Origin: Hydrolagus colliei
Taxonomy: Eukaryota
Reading direction: 5' to 3'
Length of the DNA stretch: 64,000 bases
Assembly (NCBI GenBank): GCA_035084275.1
Contig: CM068746.1
Coordinates: 27,714,001-27,778,000, forward strand
Made by a program: the position numbers and the translations under genes. Shown one piece after another: positions 1 through 12,300 of this stretch. A model generated the notes under the pieces. That model made no database searches. It was not told the DNA's origin and worked only from the letters and a program-made list of their open reading frames with translations. The stretch's first letter is position 1; each line of letters opens with the position of its first letter.

Positions 1-330
1 TCTAGTCATTGCTCTTAGGTCAAACCACTCATTCCTGATGACATTGTGGTAAATCTCCTCCTCATTCTCTTTATGGTTCTGATATCCTTCCTGAACGAGC
101 ATGACCAAAACTGGATATTGCGGTCTATCTACTGATTTGTAGAGGTTAAGCATCACCTGTTTGGCTTTATATTCTATGCCCCTATTTATAAAATCCACAG
201 ACTCTTTAATTTCACTGCTTTGTCCGGTTTGCTTTCTGCCTTTTAAAGATGTGTATGTTAACCCCTAGGTTTCTCTGCTTTTCCACCCGTTTTAACAATT
301 TTGCAGGTGTGCTGTTGCATATCTGTAACA
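1..330 (-). mobile_element. degraded CR1-like LINE fragment
   Basis: Minus strand resembles CR1 ORF2 3' region (ATAAAGCCAAACAGG, KANR-type motif); no intact ORF. Recognised by eye. Confidence 0.5.
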
Positions 331-829
331 ATTTATGAAATTAAACAAGTCATTCTTTAAATATGAGCTTGTGGTCTCTTACAACACAGCTGAACCTTGG
401 ATCTTTCTTACAATGAAGCATTTTTTCTTGGAAAAGGGGTGTTGAAGTTTTGCAATCATCTAATAGGTAAATGAGTTTCAGATCGTAAACTGTGGGTCTC
501 ACCGGTGAATCATGTGGGCAGGCTTTCATAAAAGAGCAGGAAACAGTGAGTCTGTACTTGATTGTTTGGCAATAACTGCATCTGTTAAATTGGGGAGTAA
601 ACAGTTGCTTCTAATCTCCTGTAAACCTGATTGTTCTTCTTCCATTTGTAACTGGTAATCATAATGCTTTCACTCATCAACCACTTGTAAGCGTAACAGG
701 ATATCTAATTGCTGTAGCATAATCGTTGGGAATCATTTACAAGATTACAAGAAAGGTTCATCAAAAAAAATTCTCTTCACCCTATTTGATCTCATCTCTT
801 GTTCCTCATTTCCCAGACACGAGATAACT

Positions 830-1762
830 TCCACAAGGGTTAACTTCCACATGTATGTAGATGACACCCAACTCTACTTTTCCACCTCCTGATACGATCC
901 TCCAATCGGCTGATGTTCTGTCAGCTTGTCTGTTGGACATCAAGAGTTGGATGAGCGCAAATTTCCTGCAGATAAACATCAACAAGACGGAAGCTACACT
1001 CCGTCTCATGTTGATGCCTTCTGTCCCACAGTTCCAACCTCCTCAACCTACCCAGCCTCTCCTTAAAACTCTCCGAACCTGTCTGCAGCTTAGGCATCGG
1101 GTTCAACCCCAGATACCCTTCCTCCCCCACATCTGGTCCCACACCAGCACTGATTTCTTCCATCTCTGCCACATTGACCATCATCATCAATAGATCAGTC
1201 CAAAAGGTGCCAAACCCTGTCTATGCCTTTGTTACCTCTCAGCTGGACTACTCCAACGCCCTCCTCGCTGAACTCTCCTCCTCCACCTCACAAAATTCAA
1301 CTCATCCAAAATTCTGCCGCCCACATTCTCACCAAACCAAACTTTGTACCCCGATTATCCCAGTCCTTACCATTTCCACTGGCTCCTGTCACAGAGCAGA
1401 TCAACTTCAGGATCCTCACTCTTGTGCTCCACGCTCTCCACTCCTCAGCATCCTCCTACTTCTCTAATCTCCTCTCTCCTCACAACAGCACCCACTGCCT
1501 CTGCTCTACTGTGTCCGGCCTCCTCCTTGTCCCCCAAATACTCTGCTCCAACATTGGCGGCCATGCCGCAAAACTTTGGAATTCCCTCCCCCAACCCCAT
1601 CGCACCCCGCTCTCCTTTTCCATCTTCAGGTCACGCCTTTCTCTTCAATCCCGCTTACAGTCACCTTCCCCCTCCCACTGGCTCAGACTCGGGCTCCACT
1701 GTGAAGCGCTCTGAGATGCCCAGAATGGAGGGCACTTTGTATAAATGCAAGTTATTGTTGTT
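830..1762 (+). mobile_element. L2-clade LINE 3' fragment (frameshifted RT)
   Basis: FHMYVDDTQL-like RT motif at ~845-880; 'DIKSWMSANFLQININKTE', 'AFVTSQLDYSNALL', 'IQLIQNSAAHIL' in different frames; ends in L2 tail and (TTG)n. Confidence 0.9.
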
Positions 1763-3801
1763 CTCACTGGGCACAGAAACCAAATCAGAATAAGTTTGTG
1801 CATTAGTACCAATGTGCCCCATGTGGGTTGTTTGATGGGGGGGGGGGGGGGGGGGGTCACTGCCAGAGAGACTTCATGTGGATAGTTATTGATCTAGGCT
1901 TGGCCAAGTCACTGTGACCCTTCTTTGCAGACAGCATGGGGATATTGGAAGATAAGAGGAATCTGATCACTCTGCTCTTACCCTGATGGGGTTCAGCAAT
2001 GGGAAAGGCCTCAGAACAGCTTTTCTGCTCAGAACTGAGCAGTGGAAGAGGAAGGAATAATTAGGAACTTTTTAGTGGTATTGTGGGAAATTCTTGCAGA
2101 GCTGTATTGTAATTAATCAAACTTGAATCTATCAGGAACAGTCTTGGAACCTTGCTCTGTGGCACAAAGCATTTTTTGTAAGTTACCTGCCTCCTGCCTC
2201 GTAAATCTAAAATAAAATCACAGGCATGGGCTTGTGTCCCACCAACATTTGACATAACATGTTCTTGTTTCGATTGTTGTATAGCCAATAAAAAAAAAAA
2301 TTCATATGGCATTCATCATCCTGTACTATCCTCCCAACGTTTCATTGTTGATCCAACATTTAACCCTGTTTGAGAAGGAACGGAGTGAAGTGCTTTTCTC
2401 TGTATATTATTCAAGCAACAGACACAGGTTTGTCCATAACTGTTTGGGTGTTATCACTTTGGCTGCAGTTACTATTGGTTTCTAAATAGAAACTATTATA
2501 GTGTGACTATTATACTGTAATTAGTGATTTTATAAGGAAATTGTGGAGCACACATTGTACAGGCAAACTGCAAACTATATTTGCTTTGAGTACATCTGCC
2601 AGGTTGCTATGCCTCGCCCCAAGGTAATGATAGAATCTCACTATGGTTGGTTTAGCTATTCCTCTGGCTGGTGTTTTGGACGTTTAAAAATGCAAGTACT
2701 GGGTTGGTTCAGCTAACTTCTGTGTTCCCCTGTCAAAAGAGAAGTAAGATTTCTCCGCAAAACATTGGCTGTGTAATTTAATCAACACGATTGCCAGAAT
2801 TCAAATGAGTAATGCTTACCTATTGTCTTGTACGAACAAGCAGCTACTTAAATATTCTCGACCTTCTCTGACTATGAAACAACTGTAATACATTGGTAAG
2901 CGCTTCTTTGTGTTGTGTGGCTAGTTGCCTGGCATCAGTCAGACACCCACAAGTCTTTCAGCTTTCCGTCTGCTCTATTATTTTCTCCCTCGCTCCTTTC
3001 AGGCCTGTGCTCGTGCTGCTCTCCACCCAGGTGTGAAACATGTGGGAGAAATACCTCTTCCTTTTATTCTTTCCACTCCCCCACCCCCCACCGCCCCCAC
3101 ACTTAATTATTTATGTAAAAAAAAATGTTTTGCTCGGTAAGTCTTAAAGCGCTTGGGACAGGGAGCTATATAAAATATATATTGTTGTTGTTAAGCAGTC
3201 AGTTGAACAGTGCTCAATGTCTCATACAGACCAATTCATGAGCTTTGTGTATCTTCACCAGTAGATCAGCTCGGTGTCTCTTACACATGGCAGCAAAGCT
3301 GAGATCAATAATTGCACAAGGCAATGGCTTGCTGTGCACATATTACTGCACTTTCCTGCCGCAGTATGATGGGTGTGGATATAATAATGATAATCCTTAC
3401 ATTTGATATAGCTCTCATCACATCTTCAGACATCTGAAAGTGCTTCACAGAATATACCGTAAAGTGAATTGATTGTATATTTTGTGGGTGATATTGTTTG
3501 TGGACGAGGTCAGATTTGGCTGATGCACTCCACTACGTTTGTCGACCAACTTGTCAACACTCAGGTCTGAGAAGTTGAAGAGTTGCAATGAAAATGTCCT
3601 GCAGCATGAGTTAGAACAGCAGGTGAGGAAAGGGGAAAAATTCTACTGGCAAAGTGGATTCTGAAGAAAGTCTTTGGTGGTAGGGGGCTTGATGCTGTAG
3701 AGATTTTTCACTTTGATGTCGATGTCCTCACACTGCAGATCCTTGACATTCACCAGCTTCAGAAAGATTCAGAAAGTCACTAACTGTTTGTGTCCTTGCA
3801 G

Positions 3802-3936
3802 GTGGTAGTTTCACGCATTGAACGTTCGACTCCCCATGTTAATTTCCAACTTGATTCAAGCCCAGTGACCACTGTTGTCCTGGTTGAACAGACAGCAGAT
3901 TCAAAAGGTTATATCGTTGTTCTCACAGGCAATAGG
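3802..3936 (+). CDS. MET: MET exon (human exon 4 equivalent), end of Sema domain
   Basis: AG/GT bounded, 135 nt; VVVSRIERSTPHVNFQLDSSPV...VLTGNR matches MET VVVSRSGPSTPHVNF. Confidence 0.95.
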
Positions 3937-4193
3937 GTAAGTTTCACTTCACACGGGCAGGGAGGGAGTGAAACCATACCAAACAGAATACCTTGACTTT
4001 ACTGCTTTTAAAAGTGGAGCCTCCTTTAATGTTGCCTTTAAAAACACCTGGCTGAAGACACTTCCGTTTTAACAAAGATAACTGGGAATTTTAACTTTTT
4101 GTACTCTGACCTGAAAAGTTTGAATGATATATTAACACGGTCCATCTGTTGGTAAATGAGTTACAGATTCCTCTGCCTGGCTTTTCTCATCAG

Positions 4194-4367
4194 GTTACCA
4201 AAGTGCCTCTAACAGGGCCAGGGTGTGATCACTTCTTGTCCTGCAGTAAATGTCTGACAGCTCCTAGCTTAATGCAGTGTGGGTGGTGCATTGATGGATG
4301 CTCCCGAAGGGAGGATTGCATGAATAAGACATGGATCCAGAGTACCTGCCTTCCAGTCATCAGTGAG
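4194..4367 (+). CDS. MET: MET exon 5 equivalent, PSI domain
   Basis: 174 nt; VTKVPLTGPGCDHFLSCSKCLTAPSLMQCGWC...CLPVISE, PSI cysteine pattern. Confidence 0.96.
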
Positions 4368-4990
4368 GTAAGACTTTATGCTGTTGTAATAGATATGAAT
4401 TGTGTTGCTGCCCAGCAGCAAATATCCATCAATTTTAGCCAAAGTTCAATCGTGCTCCTCTGTACTAATTCAAACTATGAGTGATCACGCAAAGCAAACG
4501 TATAACTTTTTGGGGGTGCAAATGGCTTCAGAAAAATTTGTGTTATATCAGAGCAGCTTAATCCCCATGCTCATGTTTTTAAAACCTCCAATTCAAAGCT
4601 GGGTGACTCAGATATCAAAACAGAAGGTCGCTGGTCAAAACAGCAGGTCAGGCAACATCTATGGAGAGAGGAAAGTGAGTTAACGTTTCAGGTAGATAAC
4701 CTGGGAACAGATGAGTTCATCACCAGCTGCAAATCCCTCTCACCAGAAGCTGAGGAAAGATGTTTCCAACGAGTCATTGGTTCATGCCCTAACAAGTGAC
4801 TGGCTGGTGTCCAGAGAAAATAGATACCACGCACCTTTTACCAAATTAACACTCAAAGTGAAGAAATGTAAATGTTTGCCTGGTTATAAATACCCTCCAT
4901 TGCATTTTTCTTTTATATTTGTCTTAACTTTGAATTATTTGACCATTTCATCTGTGGTGATTATTTTAACTAAACTTCAAACACTTCTAG

Positions 4991-5151
4991 GTCTCCCCAT
5001 TAAGTGGTCCTATAGAGGGCGGAACAAAGCTATCTATCTGTGGGAGAGATTTTGTAACGCTGAAATCAAGAAGGATAAGTGCCAGAACGACGTCTGTAAA
5101 GGTTGGGAACTTTTCCTGCAAAGTGGACTCAATCAGAAGCAACAGGAACAG
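4991..5151 (+). CDS. MET: MET exon 6 equivalent, IPT1
   Basis: 161 nt; VSPLSGPIEGGTKLSICGRDF...VGNFSC; ctag/gtgagt boundaries. Confidence 0.93.
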
Positions 5152-5558
5152 GTGAGTCCTTGCATCTGCTTTATGGGGCTACGGAAGGAGAATTATATCC
5201 TGTTGCCACAAGTGGGAGAGCAAGTCCAGTGAACTCATTCACTGGCAGCAGAGCACAAGAACATATAGTGATCTTCACACAACATAGCATCTTGGAGCAT
5301 TGAATAAGTTAGTAAAATGGGATACATGCCTCATCCCTAGCATTAGGATGTGGAAAAGATGGGACAGACTCCAAGTCAAAAGACTGCCTATTTCAATGGG
5401 TGATGGTCCAAATGGCCTTTCCTATTTGATGTGTTTTATGTAAACTTCAGACTGTGTGTTCTTCAATTTTAACCCCTGATGTACAGCTGTCGGTATGACT
5501 GGATCTTGTTTTACACTGGCATGTCTATTACATGACATTATTTTCTCTTCTGCCAAAG

Positions 5559-5670
5559 ACTCCTCTGCACACTGGGAGCCCTTAGTTCCACCGGGGTTTA
5601 TAGTCCTGTCAACATTAATGTGATTTCAAACCGGAACTCGTCAACACAAGCAGGTGTTTTCTCTTTTGTG
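5559..5670 (+). CDS. MET: MET exon 7 equivalent
   Basis: 112 nt, phase 2-0; LLCTLGA...ISNRNSSTQAGVFSFV; donor gtaagt. Confidence 0.88.
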
Positions 5671-5858
5671 GTAAGTTATCCAGCTAAACTCGTGTTCATT
5701 AGAATTTCTAAACTATTGATGAAACATGAGCCTTCAGTAATATTTTCGTTTCAAATATTTCACGTTTCAAGACAATTTTGTTCTGATGTATGTAATTTTA
5801 TAGTAAAAATCTTTGCAGACAGTCTTCTCATCGGTTCCTATCCATTAATTTCAAAGTG

Positions 5859-6231
5859 CAGTAAAACTTTTGTTACCTGGCACCCTCGGGACCTGCCCAG
5901 TGCCGATTAATCAAATATGCCGGATATTCGAGCGGCAAGTTGCCGAAAATCCTACACAAAAAAATTATTTATTTGAAAACATACCATATTAATAATAGAC
6001 TAAATAATAACAGAATATTGTATGGATACTTACCAATAAAGCATTCCAGCACTCGGTAAAATGATCGGTAAAAAAACATTCCAGCGTTTGGTAAGTTTAA
6101 TATGTGCGCATGTGCCACACATGCACAAAGTGAGCATACCGCGAGTGTCCTGAATCTCCCAATACAATTGTGAGATACCGATTGGTTGAGTATATCGTTT
6201 GGTTGCGTACTGGATAAATAAGATTTTACTG
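5859..6231. mobile_element. MITE with CAGTAAAA... terminal inverted repeats
   Basis: Left end cagtaaaacttttgttacctggcac pairs imperfectly with right end gtactggataaataagattttactg; interior similar to reverse complement of 19230-19396. Confidence 0.7.
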
Positions 6232-7467
6232 TGTACACTTTAGAAGATCTGCCAGTTAGTGCGCACGATGGCAATTACAGTGTTAAATGGTTAAACTCTA
6301 GCAGTACCTTGACTCACACTCTGGGGTCCTTAAGCTTTGGTTGTTAACAACTTACACCAAAAAATTCTGGAATTAGGAAATCAGGGTGTGTTTCTCCAGG
6401 GAAGAGTTCCATTTATTTTAATATTAATTTAAAAAATTCCAGACATTGAGAAATCTCAATGTGTAGATGGTATGCCTTTGTGGAACTCTCAGTTTGGTTT
6501 GGTTATTCCTAAGCATGGCAATGGTCTGTTCCCACGTGTGATGGCCGACTGACCAGACGAAACCCGTAGAAACCAGCTTTGAAATTAAAACCAAATTTTG
6601 GAATTTTCCACAATGCTGCACTTTCTAGGATCTTAAGCCAAATGATCTCAGAAGTTGGCACTAGGTGAAATTGCAGCCTTATTGCTGTGTACCCAGTTTG
6701 TTGCTTCAGTGATTGCTTTTTCAGTTGTTCCACCAAACTTTGAAAGTGATTTCCTCATTGCTCCCAAATTGTTTCAAACCTAGATCATTGAAACCACACA
6801 GCCTCCGAGAATGCATTGCTTCCTATTTTTAATCTGTTCCAAATGGGATTCTTGGTTTCACTTGAACAATTATCTGTGTCTAGGAAACAATGTGCATTCA
6901 TCCATAAACACAAGCCTGTCACCTCGCGTTTAAACTGACCCACTACAGTTTGATGTCATTCCAAGAAGCGATTTTTACTCATTGCACACTTATTTCAAAA
7001 ATGTGCAGGCCCTACCATGAATCAGTGGGTGTATGTGTGCAGAGTCTAAAATTAAAAGGAAAATATTTTAATTTCCTTGAACTTTTTTTAAGCTCTGCTA
7101 AAAGGGTCTATGAGATTAGTCTTCTGGTCACGCTGTCCCCAGACGAACAAAGTAGCCTGACACCACCATTACCAACAGCTTGGGCAGACTGTTTACGTGA
7201 AGGAAATGCAATGTGAAGGGCAACAAAGCCAAAGGCAATGCATGAAAGAAAGTCAGAGCAGACTGTGCAAATGCAATAGAAAACTGAAGAGATTGCTTCT
7301 TTAATTGCTTTTTAAATTGGCAATGCGAGCTACTTTCTGCTTTTGTTTTGGTTCTTGCTTTTTGAATGATTTCTCGAGCACGTTTATTGAAATTGTTTCA
7401 GAATTACCATTTTGCCATTTTAAAATCTATATACAGTAATCTGGGCTTGATTTTTTTTAGAATTTTA

Positions 7468-7825
7468 TAATAATAAGCCTTGCATTTGATACATCGTTTT
7501 ATCTTACCATTGAAACACCTCAAAGCGCTTCACAAAATTTTACTGTGAAGTTTAGTGACTATGTATTTGTTGGCAAATCTGACAGCCAATTTGTGCACAG
7601 CCAATTCCGATAAACAGTCATGATGTGAGTGACCAATTTGTTTGTGGGATTGTGGCCAGAACCCAGAGAGAAACTCCCTTCCCTTTTTGAATAATACCAT
7701 GGCATCCTTAATATTCACCTGAACAGGCAGATGAGGTTTCAAATCTCACCCGAAACACAGCACCTACCTCCAACAATTCAGCATTTCCACAGAATTATAT
7801 TGCAGTGGCAGCCTAGACACTGAGT
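7468..7825 (-). mobile_element. Deu-domain SINE (SacSINE1/AmnSINE1-like) fragment
   Basis: Reverse complement contains ...catctgcctgttcaggtgaatattaaggatgccatggtattattc... Deu-like core plus L2-type tail. Confidence 0.7.
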
Positions 7826-7956
7826 TCCAAGTCTCAATCTATTGTGCTAAATACAATACTGTAGAAGAAGTTTAGAATGATGGTGCAAAAATGGTGTTCA
7901 GACAGAAGTGTATCTGGTACTAAATAAGATACTGATTACTTTTTTCTTTTTTGCAG

Positions 7957-8093
7957 AATCCAGTTATAATGAGCATCTCCCCAACTCATGGACCAAAATC
8001 AGGAGGAACCTTACTTACTGTCACGGGAAACCACCTGAATAGTGGAAGTGCAAGGGAGGTTTTAATTGGAGCTAAATTTTGTGATCTGAAAAC
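7957..8093 (+). CDS. MET: MET exon 8 equivalent, IPT2
   Basis: 137 nt; [30 protein letters not shown]...CDLK. Confidence 0.95.
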
Positions 8094-10423
8094 GTACGTG
8101 TATATACACATGTCTCAACCTTGTAATCTAGAGCGAGATCCTTTTCAATAATCTCTTGCTCCGTGAAGTGGTTTCAAGTGGCTTGATGTAGTGCGACATT
8201 CATTTCTGTATTTTGGTTGAAAACAAGGGAGTCGCAACCTAGATTTAAAAAGGATTGGAATCTGACCATAAGCAGATATGAAACATGTCACATAATATTA
8301 CATCAATCCACGTGAACTCTACTACAATTCCAGGGGGTTGTTGGGGGTTGGCTGTTCGGAGCATCTTTTCTGCAAATCAGCATGTTGCATCTTTGATGTT
8401 GCAAATGCATTACATCCCCATGATATCTTCCTATCACTGCGTCACACAGTTTCTTCATTGGGTTTTGTCTACTTGCCTCATCCACCCATCTTGTCTATAA
8501 AAGAATGCTTCCTGGAGTCCGTCCCAAACTTTCCCTGCGCAACCTTGAACCTGTACATTGGGTTTGCTCTAATCACCGTGAGAAAGAGAAGAGTGAGGAG
8601 CAGGATTCTTTAGCAGATCAGAGCAAAGGGAGGAGAAGATTTCTCAAAATATTGAATTTCAACTATCCATACTCCTCCTCTGATCAGCCAGGATAAGATC
8701 CATTAGAACAACTGCTCCATCTAGTGTCCAAACCTAGAATAGACATAAATAATCCCAGCAATTGAATTTTGACAATTTTATTATTGGGCAAAGCAAAAAC
8801 AACCTGCATTTTATATACAGGTAGTGCCCTTTGCATGTTATGTAGCATCTTGGAATGCTGAAAACATACCCAATAAGTCTGAATGTTTATTGTAGAATGG
8901 ATCAAATTCAGATCCTTGGGGTCAGAATTCCAAAATACTGTACTAGGATTATAGGGTGCTGACACTACTTGACAGGGTGGAAAAGGTTATTGCACTATAA
9001 CTAAAGCTTTTTTTTCCTAGAAACGTAAAGCCTGTTAACATCTGGGCACTGTTTCACAATCCAATTTTGTGCCTCACTCTCAACCGATTAATCCAAATTA
9101 GGTTAGGTTTCAATTTGCACTATTTTTTAATGGTAAGGAATCCAAGTTGCACAAATAGGGATTCCTTCCAGAAACCAGGAAGTGCATCACGCCAACCTGG
9201 GGGAACTCCAATCCAATGCAATCTATTTTGGAGCTAAGTTCCCATGTGTTAATGGAATCCCTACTGGGAAACGCCACAGTGTTGCAGTGTTACATTCACT
9301 CTTTTCAGCTCCATTACTGCAGCAAAAATAAATTACTGTGGAGGGAGAGCAGGCTCGATTTCATTTTTGTATTCGGAGCACTGTACAAAACTTTGAATTT
9401 ATCAAGTTGCATTTCCTCACAAAATGTGAAGTGTGCTTCAGAGTTTCTGTAGCTAAATGTATTCATTGGAAGTTCTTTCATTGGCACTAAACTCGGTTGC
9501 CTCCCCCTCATGTCATAGAAAGTGTTTTTATAGGATTTCACAGCATTCGGTCCATTGTGCTTTGAGATCTGAATGCGCTATCCATCTAATCTGAAGGAGC
9601 TATCCATTTAGTTTATTTCTCCCTCCCTCCTCTCACACACACACTTTTATTTTTATTATACTTTTATTTACTTTTAAATAACTGCAATACTTTTATTTTT
9701 CAGATATGCATTCAATTCGGTTTTAAAAGGAACTGTTAAATGTAACTAACTTATGCAGTCCTGCATTCACTGAGATCTCCTTGTGCTCGTTCCACGTCCA
9801 TTCATTGAATTTCTTGAATTTTTTAAAAATAAGTTGGAAAGGAAATTCTGTGTAAATCTTTAGCTTTGCTGCTCTGACTTACTGAGTTTATGTTTCTTTT
9901 GAAATCGGTGGATGGGAATCCTTCCAACTTCCACAAAAACAACTCATTAAAATGGAGATATTAGTGAAGTGCTTTGTAGAAATATTCCCAGAGCTTTCAT
10001 CCATATGGGAACAAAGATCATTTGCGAGTGTCCAGTTATTTTCATTGTTACTTTTTACAAATAGGGCAAGGTTTTCTATTAATACTGCCAAGATGTTAAT
10101 CACATTTTAACAGCATGGTATTTCTGTGGATTTCAGTTGGTTCTTGAATAAAAACAATTTGAACCATCAGAATGTTGGGAAAAGTTGCGAACCATGAATT
10201 ATAATTCTACTTTTGACTTTCATGCTTAAAAATGTAAATATGAACTCAATCCAATAGTGCTAGCTAATCTGTTTTGGGCTCCTGGCCTCACAGTATCAAA
10301 TTGGTGATCAACAACAACTTGCATTTATATATCACCCCTCTGAGGTAGCGTCTCAAAGCACTAATCAGTGTATGTGGGTAGATTTATTAAATCCTTTTCA
10401 CACATAATAATTCAGCATCCTGA

Positions 10424-10910
10424 TCACGTCACTCCCACCCTCGCCCGTCTCCACTGGCTCCCCATCCCCCAGAGGATCGAATTCAAGATCCTCGTCCTCA
10501 CTTTCAAGGTCATTCACGGCCTTGCCCCCACCTATCTCTCTGACCTGCTGTCTCCCTATCGGCCTGCATTCAGTAGACTCAGGCCTGCTCCACGTCCACC
10601 GCCCTAACCGCCCAACCATCAGTAGTTGGGCTTTCAGCCTCTCTGCTCCCACACTGTGGAACTCCATCCCGTAGCCCCTCCGCCTTGCCACCTCCCTTTC
10701 CTTCTTCAAGGCCGGTCTCAAGACGTTCCTATTCGACGGTGTCTTCGGCCCCCCCCACTAATCCTTCCCCCTCTTCTTCCCCCTCCCCCAATCCTCCCCC
10801 CCCCCCCCCCGCCCCCCCATTCAGATCCCAACCTGACTGTTCAGCGCTTTGGGACGTCCTCCCGATGTGAAAGGCGCTATACAAGTGCAATTTTGTTGTT
10901 TGTTGTTGTT
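10424..10910 (+). mobile_element. L2 LINE 3' fragment
   Basis: HVTPTLARLHWLPIPQRIEFKILVLTFKVIHGLAPTYLSDLL, typical L2 ORF2 C-terminus; C-rich 3'UTR and tail. Confidence 0.92.
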
Positions 10911-11954
10911 TCCCAGAATGTCACCCAAACCTCATCAGTATCATCAGCATTGAGGTGTTTACACACAATTTGATCAGAATAAAACAACAAACTGACAATG
11001 ATGATAAGAATAATCCTTGCTTTGATCCGGTACCTTTCACCTCAGGCAGATGTTTCGAAGCGCTTGTCAGGAATTTCTGTAGTAGGTGAATGACAAGTTA
11101 GTCTTATAAGGTAAAACTAGGAGATTCGCAGCTCAAGACTCACTTTAACATTGTTTTAACACTAGTGGATTCTAACTGCAGGCCAAACTTGTTATGTCTC
11201 AATCACACTGTAGATCAGTGGTATCCCAAAAGTGCAATACATTCCCTGACTGACTACTTGCCAATAGGCACAGAATGTCTCCTGGTGCCACATGGTATCC
11301 AGCAGCCAGTGAAATCTCTCACGTGACACGCTGGAAGGATGTCAGTGGCGACCTCTCATGCCTTGATAATGCAGGGTCTGAGTTTTGTAACCAGAAGACA
11401 ACAACACCTTGCATTTATATAACCTCACTGCATTATACCAGAGTCAGCTTATTCATAACTGTATTTAAGTTGAAAAGAATCTACATTGATGAAATTTGTT
11501 GCAACTTTGAAAAACAATTTGCATACAATAACAAATTAGTTACAACAATAATAAAAAAAATCCTGCATTTGATATAGTGTGTGATGTCAGGAGAATGTCT
11601 TAAAGTGCTTCAGAGGAATTATTGTAAAGTGTAGGACTGCATTTTATGGACAAATAGTTCTGAAGGACATTTTCCAAACATTTAGGACATGTTAAAGATT
11701 GCGAAGGGTCGTATTATAGATACAATTACAACAACAACAACTTTCATTTATATAGGCCTCTTCAAGCAGAGAGGTGTCTCAGAGCACTTGAACTAGGTTG
11801 ATCTGTGTATTTAGTTCATGTTTAAAGAAACAACCTTGAAAGCAATGCGTATTGGACAAAATAACTAATACCTTTTTTAAAACAAAATAAAAAATGACAT
11901 TCCTGGCTTTTTTGTTCATGTTCTACTCTTTTGTTTTCCTGTTCATGTGTCTAG

Positions 11955-12119
11955 TGTCTCGCAAACCAGGATAGAGTGCATCACGCCTGCTCATTCTTCC
12001 ACACTCGTGTGTCCTGTAGCTGTGAAAATAGACTTCGCTGTGCGTAAAGCTAAGAGCAATTTCACCTATATGGAAGATCCAGTTATTGGCGAAGTACATC
12101 CTCTCCGGTCATTTGCCAG
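11955..12119 (+). CDS. MET: MET exon 9 equivalent
   Basis: 165 nt; VSQTRIECITPA...VAVKIDFAVR...FTYMEDPVIGEVHPLRSFA. Confidence 0.93.
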
Positions 12120-12200
12120 GTGAGAAGCAATCTTACCATTGACTGTTTGGGTTACTTGTTTTAAAGAATGGGTGCTCATCTTTCCCCTTTGAATTTGTAG

Positions 12201-12300
12201 TGGAGGTGGCACAATCACTGTGAGAGGCAGGAACCTGAATCTCGTACACTCCCCTGAAATGGTCATCAGCATAGACGAACTACCAAATGTCTTCCACGTG
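12201..12300 (+). CDS. MET: MET exon 10 equivalent, IPT3
   Basis: 100 nt after an 81-nt intron; GGGTITVRGRNLNLVHSPEMVI. Confidence 0.93.

Noticed and set aside
830-1762. Active retroelement or domesticated RT gene
   Set aside because: All L2 copies here are 5'-truncated with frameshifts and stops.
4711-5232. 173-aa ORF overlapping MET exon 6
   Set aside because: Wrong frame relative to the MET exon and mostly intronic.
12120-12200. Equivalent of the human MET 18-aa insert isoform via the short intron 9
   Set aside because: Retention hits TGA immediately, and the internal AG at 12165-12166 would add 34 nt (frameshift).
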